A stretch of DNA of 64,000 bases, taken from assembly GCA_024679065.1 (NCBI GenBank), contig JAGIQG010000040.1:9424001-9488000 (forward strand), read 5' to 3'. This DNA comes from Sphyrna mokarran (Eukaryota). The position numbers were made by a program, and so were the translations under genes. Each line of letters starts with the position of its first letter. The first letter of the stretch is position 1. The notes under the pieces are model-generated. The model worked only from the letters and a program-made list of their open reading frames with translations. It was not told the origin of the DNA and made no database searches. Of this stretch, positions 37,491-49,860 are shown piece after piece.

Positions 37491-40355
37491 CTATCTGGCT
37501 GATTCAGTCTGGAAAAGCACACTCACTCCACTCATACTCACCCACTCACACAGTAAGTGGGAGTGACAAGTGAGCACTGTGAGCATATAGTACTCTGGGG
37601 CAAGGGTTGGGGAAAAAAACATTTAACTCTTTCGTAAGTCAATCACAATTGAATGAGCGAAACTTGTAAAATCTCACGAAATTTGACATAATCCAGGGCA
37701 AAACCACCCACAAGATTATCCGCCCTCTCATTCACCCTCCTCAACATCTCCATCACTAACAATCAGTGCCAGCAATGTATATTATACACAACATGCATTG
37801 CAGCAACTCACCAAGGCTCCATAGAATGCACTGTCCAAACCCGCTGCATTTACATCCTAACAGGGCAAGGGCAGCAGCTACATATGGACACTATTACCTG
37901 CAAGCTCCTCTCCAAAACACACACCATGTTGACTTGAAAAATCATGGCGGATGCCTGCAGCATATGGACTGCAGTTATTCAAGGATGTTTCATATCAACA
38001 CTTTCTGAAGGAACAATTAGGGATAATTAAACATTCTGGCCGAGCAAATGACTCGAAAATGCCTTTAGAAGATTAAAAATAAGCTGCAAATAAATTTGAC
38101 CCTTTAATTGTCATACTAAACAGGTCAGGGACTGCTGTAGTGCGGAACACAGTATAGTAAGTCTCATTTTACATTTGATCATCGAACATTCTCAAGGCCG
38201 GTACATCACTGCTTAAAAATCATCCAATTCTCCCTCTACAGGCTGAAATTTCTGCTCCTTCTTATGGTCACAATATGCTTTAGGGATCTCATTTCTGAGA
38301 CGCTGAGTTAAACATCAAGTCAAACTGTCACATTTTTCACAGATACAAGTTCCTTAAAGATATAAATCAAATTTCATTCCAGAAATATAGCAGAAGGAAC
38401 CAGAAGATTTATAACCAGTCAGACAGATTCCTGGCCCCAAAATAGTGGCCACACGCATGGAAATAGAACAGACACAAACGATGCAACAGCTGGTTGGCCA
38501 GTATATCTATCTATTCAATCTATTAATTTCATTCAAACGTTGGATTCTAATTTATCAACAGTCACCTTACAACAATAGAGGATCAATTACCTATTTTAAC
38601 TTAACCTGATATTCAATTTAATTTCTCGAAACGACTTCCCGAAAACAATGCAAAATGTAATTTCGCTGAAAATAACAGATTCAGGATAGTTCAATGACCC
38701 TAACAGAGATGCAGTGACACAGTAACAGTTCAATGTCCCTAACAGAGATGCAGTGACAAAGTAAGAATTAAACAAACCAAGAAACAGTTGCATTGAAAAT
38801 CATTACCCGATTCGAGTTAATTTCTTAATTAAATCCAGACTTTTTCTTCATGGCAATATTTAATAAGAATTTAACATAAGGTTCAGATAGAATCAATTGT
38901 TCTATTCTGTCATCTATTCTTCCCATAATTCTATACTGTGTTCAGCAGTATGGGAGACATAATATTATACTATTTCTATAGTATTTATTTTATAATTTTT
39001 TTGTGTAAAATGATCTTTTTTGAATTTCAAACATTAACTTGTCAATCTCCAGCGAGTCTCTGTTGACACTTTACTACAACTCAAACACAATTATATGAAC
39101 AATTACTTGAGTGTCAGTGAATTCCATCTGTCAGGATCTGTTCACTCTGTCGCATTTATTTAAACTGTTTGATTCTAATTGGCCAAAAGTCAAATTGCAA
39201 CAACAAAATAATCGGTAAAAATATTAAATTAACCTGATGATTATTTTAAAATTCCCTTTCCCTTAACAATTTTTCCCTGTCAGTCTCAAATCCCAAAAAC
39301 TTGGCAAAAACGTATTTTTTTTCCTGAAAATGAGTACATAAAATGCAACAGATACTTGGTAGTGCGATGTCTCTAACAGAGATACAATGACAGTGAGAAT
39401 TGCAGTTCATGATTTATTTTGATATCCAAGTACTAGTTAACACGAATAAAAGCTGTAGAACAATGTTTGGTGAATATGAAGTTAAACTGTGATTTAATTT
39501 CACCTGCAATTATCGATTATGATTTTCAAAAATACCAGCGGGATAAAGCCTGCCTGATTTCAGCCTATTATCATGCGTCAAACAGTTTCAGACGCGAAGG
39601 GGGTTTATATTCAATCACAAAATGTACAACAGCTCAGTGTCACAGAATTTTAATATTGCAGAATCGCAAAACCATTTCAAACGTTTTACTTATTCAAAGT
39701 CACTCAGATCCACAATCTCTTCAACAGAGAGAAAAAATACATTACTGAATCTCGCTTCATGCAGGAGCAACTCAATTCTACAGACACTTCCAACAGAATC
39801 AAATGTTATATTGACAGAAAATCTCAAACTTAATTCCAGACAATCCAACTCATCACAAACTGATCAATAGTTAAAATGAACAGAAATATATCAGACCCAC
39901 GCCAGCATTGCGAGTAACCGCAATATGATCACTCTATTAATACAGAACATTTCGCACATTTTGTCAATATTGGGTTAGATTGTAAATGTGTGCGCAATAG
40001 CTGGTACAACCCGCAGCCACTAGATGTCACCGCGTTTATACATAGCAGTAACGTCGAACTGTTTAACAAAAGTTAGACAGTAAATTTGAAAGTAAATCAG
40101 CCACACGATACCTTCAGCAATAAACACCAAAATACAACAACCAAGGATTGAATCCCTTAGCATCACCTTTTGCCAATTAATGGCAGAATTGTATAACCCC
40201 CATATTAAGCAGAATCACATGAAACATCGCTGAGATTTTTAGCACAACATTCACCAAATCTCATTTCAGTGAACGAATGAATTAATAAAATCGGTAAAAA
40301 AATATAAAACAAAAACTCAAATAAAATAGTTACTAAATAATTGCATGGTGCTTAC

Positions 40356-40394
40356 CTGCAGTCACCGTCACCATGGTCCCTTGTCCCCAGTAGT
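40356..40394 (-). CDS. IGHJ: JH segment (YWGQGTMVTVTA), only 39 nt
   Basis: WGxG motif; G|GTAAG donor at 40356/40355. Confidence 0.95.
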
Positions 40395-40433
40395 CACAGT
40401 GTCACATTCCCTTGGCTGGGTCGTACAATAACT
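40395..40433 (-). other. JH 5' recombination signal, 23-bp spacer
   Basis: Plus strand: cacagtg (40395-40401) + 23 nt + acaataact (40425-40433). Confidence 0.92.
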
Positions 40434-40759
40434 GGCCCTGCAAAACGTAGACAGAAAAACTACCATTATTTTAAATGTTCACAAACCAGAGGAAAAGCAA
40501 AGTCAATTAACATTCATGAAATTATTATTGTAGTTGTGGATACCGTTCGCACTACATAAATAAGCTTAATATTTTATATTTCACAGAGTATCACATGAAC
40601 GTGTTATTGGAACCAGGAAATCATACTTCAATCGTTTTCATAACGTTTCCCATTTAATTCTCGTTATTGTGCAATGCTGAACACAAATAATACAACACTG
40701 TAAATAATGTTGGATTGTAAAACAGAGCACGGACCCAGATTCGGTCAATTAGCGCTGAG

Positions 40760-40828
40760 GGTTTTTGTGCTGACAGTAACTATTGTGCTACCCCTGTTAT
40801 CACAGTGAGTTACAGCATGACAGATACT
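40760..40828 (-). other. IGHD: D2 segment (coding 40788-40800, ATAACAGGGGTAG) with 12/12 RSS
   Basis: Plus strand: ggtttttgt-12nt-tattgtg-ctacccctgttat-cacagtg-12nt-acagatact. Confidence 0.92.
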
Positions 40829-41143
40829 GTGCCTGACTGCTATCTGTAAAATACAGATTTAATTTCACTGCTCTCTCAGAAATCTCATTCTGCCTCTTCT
40901 AAGAGCGAATGAGTGAGATATTGTAGCTTGTCCTAGTCATTATATTTACAAAGTGCATCGGAATACTCTTAAACCCTCTATTTAGATTTGGCATATCGTT
41001 CAACCCAGATTTTACGGTATTTAAGATTTCTATACTTTTTCACAAAGAGGTATTACTTCTATACATTATTTCATTGAAGCCTTGTTTACTTTGAAAATCC
41101 TGCTGTGGTACTGATCACCAATTTGAACAATCGCCTTCTCTGA

Positions 41144-41221
41144 GGTTTTTGTATGAGGATGTTTCTGTACTCAGCACTGTGACCCTATATTATCACAGTG
41201 ACCCACACCCGCACAAAAACT
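41144..41221 (-). other. IGHD: D1 segment (coding 41182-41193, ATAATATAGGGT) with V-side 12-RSS and J-side 22-RSS
   Basis: Plus strand: ggtttttgt-22nt-cactgtg-accctatattat-cacagtg-12nt-acaaaaact. Confidence 0.95.
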
Positions 41222-41574
41222 GCACTTACTCTCTGTTCAATACTGCCACTCAAAATCTACTTCGAATATTCCTGATGTTATTTACAATTTATGCAACAGT
41301 TTACAAAGCGCAATCTGGAAACGTCTCCTCCAAGTATCAGAAATGTTAAAACTAACATTATATCCAGGTCTGTAATTGCTGAATCCGTTAGCAGTGAATA
41401 TAAGCAGAGTGAAAGGCACGATTACCTCTGTGGGTTTGCTCGATTTAATGTTTAATTTTCTCTAAGTTTGTCAGAAGTGGTTTGCGTTTTTATTTTGATC
41501 AACGTTTTTAATATATTAAAAAACAGGTAGTAACCTTTAGATTATGATTGAAGTTGCTGAATTCTCTCTCAAGC

Positions 41575-41613
41575 TGTTCTTGTCCGGGTCCATCCCTGGT
41601 TCCTCTCGCTGTG
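41575..41613 (-). other. V 3' recombination signal, 23-bp spacer
   Basis: CACAGCG + 23 nt + ACAAGAACA on the minus strand. Confidence 0.92.
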
Positions 41614-41918
41614 GTCTCTTTCACAGTAATAGATGGCGGTGTCTTCGATCTTCAATCCCGTTATGTCCAAAGCGAAGATATTATTTGAAAGGTCTTTGGA
41701 TGGAGTAAATCGATCCCGGGTCCCTGGGGAGTAATTATTGCTCGATGAACTTTTATAGTTAAGGAGCCATTCGAGCCCCTGTCCGGGAACCTGCCGGATC
41801 CAGTCCATCCAGTCGTTATCAAGATTGAACCCGATGGTTTTACAGGTCAGTTTCAGGGAGCCTCCAGGATGTCCGGTCTCTGCCTCTGGCTGGGTCAACA
41901 CAACCTCCGACTGGACAC
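41614..41918 (-). CDS. IGHV: VH exon ([26 protein letters not shown]...[13 protein letters not shown]...[11 protein letters not shown])
   Basis: Open frame with canonical Cys23/Trp41/Cys104 and DTAxYYC; tacag acceptor at 41919-41923; followed by RSS. Confidence 0.97.
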
Positions 41919-42045
41919 CTGTAAAAATATATCAAAAACCCAGAGGGTTATTCGCGATGCATTGATTTCTGACTCTGAAGCATTCCAGAGATAAACTAAC
42001 ACTGAGACAGCAATAGTGAGAGACTTCGTCAATAAATATACTCAC

Positions 42046-42091
42046 CAAATAAGAAACTCAGCAACAAACTGAGAGAAATCGCCAATCTCAT
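42046..42091 (-). CDS. IGHV: VH leader exon (MRLAISLSLLLSFLF-G)
   Basis: ATG at 42091, hydrophobic signal peptide, G|GTGAG donor at 42046/42045, 127-nt intron to the V exon. Confidence 0.93.
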
Positions 42092-42180
42092 CTTTCTGGT
42101 GATTTGGGGGAAATGGTTGTGTGAGGAACTCAGTGAACAAACCAGCTCCCGGACTATTGGATTCCTGTCCCAGTGAGCGG

Positions 42181-42265
42181 TATTTAAATACCCAGCAGAA
42201 GGGGGCGGCTTTCCAGGCGCCGCCTGTTGATTCCCTGCTGGAGGCGGCGCCTGGATCCACGTCCC
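42181..42265 (-). promoter_or_regulatory. VH promoter: TATA-like TATTTAAATA, GC box, 14-bp inverted repeat, ACGT/CRE-like core; no octamer
   Basis: TATA at 42181-42190, 90 nt upstream of the ATG; GGGGGCGG at 42201; no ATGCAAAT nearby, as expected for shark VH promoters. Confidence 0.7.
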
Positions 42266-45089
42266 ACCTTCCACACCCCCAACAGAATGGACTCCGAGAT
42301 TTACAATAGGTTAATATTAAAATGGACATTTTATCTGTGTCGGAATATTCGTTTGGCTGAATCTGCTCATTTTATTGTCTCCATTATCAATGATGGTGAT
42401 ATTACAGTTCAGCATTCCTTTACTTAAAAATCTAATTCCATTATAAGCATAGAGATATTATTACCACGTACCTAACAAGAAGACAAATCTAAAAATGATT
42501 AAACAACATTTTCGGTAAAGTAACGAGACCGCCAGTCAATTTTGCAACAATTCCGGGTTTCTGTCAGATTACAATAATAAAGCAAGGAATTGTTATCGAT
42601 TTCTGTAACTAAATGCGGGGGATGAACGAAATGATTCGATTTGCAGTGTGGATGACTATCACTGTACAATTTGGGTTTGGAGATGAGAAGAAACTCTCAC
42701 ACAATACAATGTTTCTCCTTATATTTGTCAAACTGCCCCAATCTCCAAGACAGGCCATTGTAAATAATAAGAATCCCGCCATCCTGATAATTAAATAGTG
42801 AATTCACAGGGGAACGTGAAATTAAATCAACTTTTTTCAGAGAAGTTAATGAATCAGAACGGGCATGGGCATCATTAAAGTTCTTCTTCAGCACTGAAAT
42901 CATTGCAGCTCAATCTATTGGCCATCGGTTGTCTAACATTCGCTGGTATTGTGAACATAGGATATCAGGACTTTGCGGCACATTGCACAGTATCACAGGA
43001 ATAAATGTTTTATTTTCCATTGAATCAGGTTATGATCTGATCATTTCTCTACTCATTGGCAATTATGAATGGAACTCATCAATAACAGAAATCCGATTAT
43101 ACTGTACAATAGAACACGGTGTAAATCAGGGATAAGAGACCCTTGTGTTTAAATGGGTTGCAGAACTTTCACAATATTACATAAATCTTGCTGTTCATGT
43201 CAGTTTCATGATATTCGAATATTATTTCGATGCATTTTTACATTGCTCTGATTTCAATTGGCAGAATTCTGTAGAATCCCTCGCAGTTCATGAAATGGTT
43301 AACAAACAGACTTTAATTATTGGATTGGCAATTACTTGGAAAAAAAAGCATCCGGTCACTTTATCATTTTGCGGTACTATTTGCCCACATAATGAACAAA
43401 ACATTGAATGGAAATATTTGGTTAGAATGATTACGATTTAAAATGTGTCTTTCTTGTGGAAATGAAACATTTATTGTTTAAATGGCTGAATCCCATTTTG
43501 TCCCTTCAGGTTCACGCTAATCTATCCCACACAGTATTTGGCAGCAATCCAGGCTGCTGTCAAATACTTAAAGTTATTGACAGGGAGCATCTGGAGGTGC
43601 TTGTGCAGTAAATCAAAGATCTGCTTCCTCAGTACTGACTGCTTGGCTGCAAGCCAAATAAAACATTTCACGTTGTCAATGAGGCCTATTTATAAACAAA
43701 TCTACCCAGCAACACTACTGGAGGCAATTTAATTTTTAAAAATTGTAAAGCTAGGTGAATTTTTCCCATCTCTATAGAAAGGAAAGTAATGCAGCTTCTC
43801 TAGCACCCTGTTAGCAACAAGAATTACTTTTTCAACACTTGAGGACATCGTGATGGATGGATAGAAAGAATTAAAGTCAAACTGAGAGATGTCTCAGAGA
43901 GACAATACATGAACATGTATGTTTGCATTTTCTTTCCATTTACATTTTCATGGGCTGTTTGGTTGGAAAGACTAGTACTTTTTGTCTCACCCAAATTCCC
44001 TTGAATTGACTGGTTTTCTCGCCCACTATGAAGATATTAAACAGTCAGCTATTTTGTTGCCTGCCTGAGTCACATTGTTGTGAGACCAATTAGCGATGAC
44101 AGATTTCCTCTGTTGGGAAATCAGAGAGGTTCCAATGGTCTCTATTAGTATCCACTCCAGATTTATTAATTGAATTCAAATTCCACCAGCTGCAATGTTG
44201 CAATGTTCCTCTTTAAATCCCCACCCTTACACCATCGTCCTGGGCCTCTGGATCATTGGATCAATTAAATTAATATTATGTCACAATGCATGCAAACAAT
44301 AAAGGTATTACTGTGCTGATGCAGGAATGAATGATTTCTGAATGAATGATGTTTGGATGAATGACAATTTAATACCTAAATATTTTGATTGAGGAATCAA
44401 TGAATGGATTGATGGAAGCAGTAATAAATGGCATTCAAAGATGCTCTTGTACATCCGCATATTTGTGCTTGATAATTTTATAAATTGAATCAGCTCCTTT
44501 ATTCCATTTCTGTCAGTCAAATAACATCAATTCTTCCAGAGTGTCTGGGTGAAATCCATCCCGAGTTTAGCAAGCTGATGCTCGTGAAAGGAAGAACAAA
44601 ACATCCCTGTGGCTCGATGGTTCATTTCTCTGTTGATGTGGAATCTTCATATACAAGAAAAGAATGAAGATGATTCGTTTGAGGAGGGAGGATTGTAATA
44701 TTTGAAACATGTAGTTCTTTCACATACAACGAATCACTCAACATGCCCTCCCCCAAATTAGTGAAGGTAACAGGGTGAAAAACAAACAAGGTAGCAACAG
44801 AAATATTGTGAGATTCACTAGACAATTACAAGTGTTACACTGTGCTGAATATAATTGGTGAAATAATTGTTTATCTGTATGAATTAATGACAATCGGTGA
44901 ATTGGAACAACCCAGCCTGGAAATTCCACTCCAAGACACTGATCAACCTGATTTGGACATATATTACCATTCCTATACTGTCACTGTGTCAGAATCCATG
45001 AGCGCCCTCCCTAACAGCACTAAGGGTGTACATACATTGCAGGCTTTGCAGCGGTTCAAGAAGCTGGTTCTCCACCACTTCAGTTAATG

Positions 45090-45620
45090 AGAATCAGGGG
45101 GAAAACAGTCCATTGGCTGGAACACAAAGAAAGATGGTTGTGTTTATTAATTGTCAATCATCTCAGTCACAGAATTTTGCAGGAATTCTTCAGTTTAGTG
45201 GCCTAGCCCCAAGCTTCAGTCATCATCAAAACTCATATTTGGAATGGTCGCTAAGGATTGAATAAAGTTCAGCACCAGTTCTGATTCCTCAGCACGTCCA
45301 TTTGAAGCGAGACTGAGAAAACATTTAGTCTTGGGCTAATGAATGGCAAGTAACATTAATGCCACACATTAAGCAGCAGGCAATGACCCTGTCCAATAAG
45401 GGAGATACCAACGATTTTCCTTTGATATTAAGTAGCATTATTATCGCAGAATCCCTCAGTGTCGACATCCTGGGCATTATAATTCATGAAAATCTGAATG
45501 GAAACAGGCATTTAAATCATACGGCTGCAAGAGCAGGCCAGATGCCAGCTGTTGTGAACAGCTGACTTCCTGAATTCCCAAACCATATCCGTCATTTACA
45601 AGGCAAAAGTCAGGAGTATG
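45090..45620 (+). mobile_element. Old LINE RT-region remnant (related pieces at ~37720-38080, 56220-56930 and reverse ~35370-35470)
   Basis: caggcaatgacc...gcattattatcgcagaatccctc..gtcgacatcctggg motif shared with 56225-56330. Confidence 0.6.
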
Positions 45621-45899
45621 AACAAAGAACAAAGGACAATCCAGTACATGAACAGACCTCTCTGCCCACCAAGTCTGTTACACCATAATCGATTGAATAT
45701 TCTCTACTTGCCCGAGTTGTACCACTCAAAAATCTCAATACCATTCTGGAAAAAGAGCTGTCTCGAAGAACACCCCACTCACCAGCTTTCCAAAGCCTGT
45801 CATCACATTCTCAAAGGAAATTAAGATATAGCAACAAAAGTTGACTTTACCAGTGGCGCCAAAATCTCATGAAATAATGAAGCTAGGGGAGGAAAAAAA

Positions 45900-46190
45900 A
45901 ACAGAGGGCATGGGTTAAGGGTGAAAGGAGAAAAGTTTAAAGGGAATATTGTGGGGGGCGAGGGCTTTTTCACGCAGAGATTGATGGGATTGTTGAATGA
46001 GCTGTTGGATAAAGTGGTAAATGCGAAGTCACTTTTAACATTTGAGAATAACTTGGACGGGTTCATGGATGACAGGGGTGTGGAGGGGTATGGTCTAAGT
46101 GCAGGTCAGTGGTACTAGGCAAAAAATAGTTCAGCGCAGACAAGAAGGGCCAAAAGGCCTGATTCTGAGCTGTAACTTTCTATGTTTTTT
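45900..46190 (+). mobile_element. CR1-type LINE 3' end (inverted related piece at ~48295-48450)
   Basis: RGHGLRVKGEKFKGN...FFTQR...ELLDKVV. Confidence 0.78.
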
Positions 46191-49100
46191 TAATTTTAAA
46201 CGTATTATACTTCTGCCTATATTCATCTCGCCTCTGACTCTGTCTGTGTTACATTAGGCTCTGCCTGGATCACATTCCAGGAGGTCCTATCTAAGTTTTC
46301 TATTCCTGCACTCGGCTCAATTTCAGGTATTCATATATGAGGTAACGATCCTATTAATATTATAATTTCTAAGTTATGATCGCACTTAGCCATGTGTCTT
46401 CTAATCTGACAAGAAGCTGTATCTTAATTCTTACAGCCTCAGAACATTTGCCACTATATACTAAACTGAAAATATAGTCTTCATGCGTTACACATGGTTC
46501 TTCCACAGTTACTACGCCAATAGTTCATTCGATTTTAATAATCCAAGTCATGTCTAAGTTCACGCTGCACCGTCATTGTGTTTCATTATTTAAGACTACA
46601 CCATATCTCAGTTTTATTGCACTTTGCAATACCTTCTCATTGCTGCATTATCCGAATCTCAGTGTGTATCAGTCTAGGTCCTGAATCAATAATAATTATG
46701 AATAAGTAGGCCTGTCTTAGTTTATATCAATCGGGATACTGTATCACTAATTGTACTAACACACTGGACTCTGTCGCAAATTAAACCTGTCTCAATCCTG
46801 TATCAGTCTTTATTGCTAATGCACTTGTCTCCATCTCAGCTCATATAAATCTCGGTCTAGTATCATTAATTAGTCAGCGATGTTCCGTTGATGTCACACA
46901 AGCTCCTATATCAATATAACTGCAGAATACACCGTTTCATTTTTCTTTTCTTTGACAATGCCAGTTTTTTTTTCAAATGTTGCTTTCTTGGGATATGGGG
47001 ATCATTGGAATCTGGTACTTGATCATCCCCACACGGCACTCGGCACTAACTGATTTCTATTATGTTGGATCAGGCCCATGTTTATATTAAAATACAGTCT
47101 GACTCTGTTAGTACTCTGCTAAATCAGAACTCAGCTTATATTGCACTAGACATTCTCTCTGGATATGTAATATTCAATATTGACCCTGTATATATTTCAG
47201 TAGAACGTGTCAGTGTTATTCCTGCACTTAAGTGAGACTCTATTTGAATTATGTCTCTGTTATTACACAGTTCTGCGAGAAGAAGAGGTAATATGTTGGG
47301 ATAAACATATTGCTATCAGGCAAGATCCAGAATCGGGCAGCATTGGGTCGACCGTATTTGGTTGGTGCAATCATGGAGGGCCGACGGACCTTTTCCTGTG
47401 CTGTAATTGTCTTTGATTTTTGTTCCTTTTTGGCAGTGCATTCTACACAGGGATTGGTACCCATTTTCAGTGCAGTCAGCAGAAGTAGATTTCAGATATT
47501 CCTTCTTCTTTTCGAATGCCCAAAATCTCACAGAGTTTGCACTTGCAGAAGGAAGCAGAGAATTGTGTAATTTCAGCCAGTTTTATCATTACTGGCCTTG
47601 ACCAGTGCAATAAAAACTGAGACCATGTCTAATGCAATATAAACATGGACATGGTCAATTGCGGTCAAATGTGGCTCGATGGTTCATTTCCCTGTTGATA
47701 TGGAATCTTCATATTCAAGAAAAAAATGAAGATGATTAGTTTGAGGAGGGAGAATTGTAATATTTGAAGCGTGTAGTTCTTTCGCCAAGTTTGGTGGCGT
47801 TTAAGAGGTTAGTAGATAAGTTTATGATGAAAAGGGAATGGTTTAGGTTAGAGGGTCATTGCTTTTTCTTGATTGGTCGGCGCAACATCGAAGGCTGAAA
47901 GACCTGTTCTCGCTGTAATGTTCTATGTTCTATGTTCACATACAGCAAATCACTCAACATGCATTATAATTCATCACTCATATGGCTGCAAGAGCAGGTG
48001 AGATGCCAGCTGTTGTGAACAGCTGACTTCCTGAATTCGCAAACCCTAACCGTCATTTACAAGGCAAACGTCAGGAGTAAGAACAAAGAACAAAGGACGA
48101 TCCAGTACATGAACAGACCGAGTCAAATGAGACTGCATCTAGTTTGATACAAACAGAGAGAGAGATCTAAATTAATATAAACAGAGACAATGTCTCGCTT
48201 TATATAAAGAACAACATGAAACAGGACCATGTCTTACTTAGCATAAACAGATCAAAGATTCAGGTTAATATGAATAGAGCCAGGCAATATAAAATTCTAC
48301 CTGTTTCGCCTAGTCCCACTGACCTGCATGTGGACCATATTCCTCCACACCCCTCTCATCCATGAACCCGTCCAAATTTTTCTCAAATGTTAGAAGTGAC
48401 TTCGCATTCACTACTTTATCCAGCAGCTCATTCCACACTCCCACCTCTGCATTGTTAGGCTCTAGTGAAAAATAAAGAAATACATAGCCTCATAATATAA
48501 GCTGAAATAATGAGGCTAAGGGAGAAAGACAACATAGGACATGGGTTAAGGGTGAAAGGAAATAAGTTTAAAGGGAACATTGGGTGGGTGCTTCTTCGTG
48601 CAGAGAGTAGAGGGAGTGGCAGTATTGGGTCGACAGTATTTGGTTAGTGCAGTCTTGGAGGGCTGATGAGTTCTTTCCTGTGCTGTTTGATTGTTCTTTG
48701 TTGACAATACATTCTACACAAGAATTAGTATCCATTTCCAATGTAGTCTGCAGTAGTAGTTTTCAGATATCGTTTCTTCTTTTCCAGTGCCCAAAATGTC
48801 ATAGAGTTTGCTCTTGCAGAAGGATGCAGAGAATTATTTTCTCCCAACCACTTTAATCATTACTGGTCTTGACCTTTGCAATAAAAACTGAGACCATGCC
48901 CAATACAATATAAACGTGGTCACGGTCAAATGCAGAAATCAGAATTCATCTAGTTTGATACAAACAGAGAAAAATCTAAATTAATTTAAACAGAGACAAC
49001 GTCTTGCTTTATATAAAAAGAAACACGGTGACGTACAACATAAACAGGGACAGCGTATAACTTAGTATGAACAGGTACGATATTCAGTTTAATACGAGTA

Positions 49101-49219
49101 GAAGCGCAATATAAAATTCTACGTGCAATATAAAAAGAGTTAGAGTCTAGTGAAAAATAAACAAAGACATGGCCTCATAATATATGATGATACGGTGTAA
49201 ATTCATTGTAATATAAAGA

Positions 49220-49860
49220 GAGTTTCAATCCTCATGAAACTTGTAGAGAACGCCGACTGTCCCATCAAAAATCTTCCAGGACAGGAGTAACGTAGGGTTA
49301 GCTGCAGAATGCAAAGTTCCCTCTACATTGCCAAATTAAACACTCTTAAGGCAGGAATAGCATGAATTAGATACAAAGTAACCTCCCTTTACAAATCAAA
49401 CATTCCAAGAACAGTATACTGTCTAGAAACAGAGTGAAGCTCCTTCTACAACGTCTGCTCAAACAAAATGAAGGCAGAAAGAGAATGGGTTCTCTTCTAC
49501 GTAAAACCTCTCCTTCACTCTTCCTTTAGATAATCGGGAGGCAGATGCTAGGTACAGGGGAAAGATTGTCTACACAGTTCCATAAAACACACCCAATCAG
49601 GTACAGCAGAGATTAGATACGGATTGAATCTTGATATCGACAAAGTCATATCAAACATTTATAAGGCGGTTACAATGAGTTTAGATGCAGAGTAAATATT
49701 CCTTCGTCACTGTCCAGTCAAATACTCCAAGGATAGGGGCAGCACCGGCTAAATGTAAGGAAAAATCCTTGGTGCTGCTACATCGAATCCTTATCATGAG
49801 CTACAGCTGAGGTTCGATGCAGAAGAAAATGTAGCAAGAACTTCAATTCATAGAATGTTC
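49220..49860 (+). repeat. Degenerate ~60-65 bp satellite
   Basis: Recurrent gttagatacagagtaaagctccctctaca...tcaaacactcccaggacagg-like units. Confidence 0.65.

Larger units (their letters stand above)
25255..42190 (-). other. IGHM: Shark IgM heavy-chain minilocus (cluster organisation L-V-D1-D2-J-CH1-CH4-SEC-TM), unrearranged
   Basis: All segments in order on the minus strand, with RSS and GT-AG phase-1 junctions giving a continuous ORF; four CH domains resembling shark C-mu. Confidence 0.95.

Noticed and set aside
32499-40355. Classical mammalian-type switch region
   Set aside because: No tandem GAGCT/GGGGT pentamer array was seen.
28841-41918. IgW, IgNAR or germline-joined IgM1gj identity
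   Set aside because: Four mu-like CH exons including CH2, a full VH with FR2/CDR2, and unjoined V, D1, D2, J with RSS fit conventional IgM.
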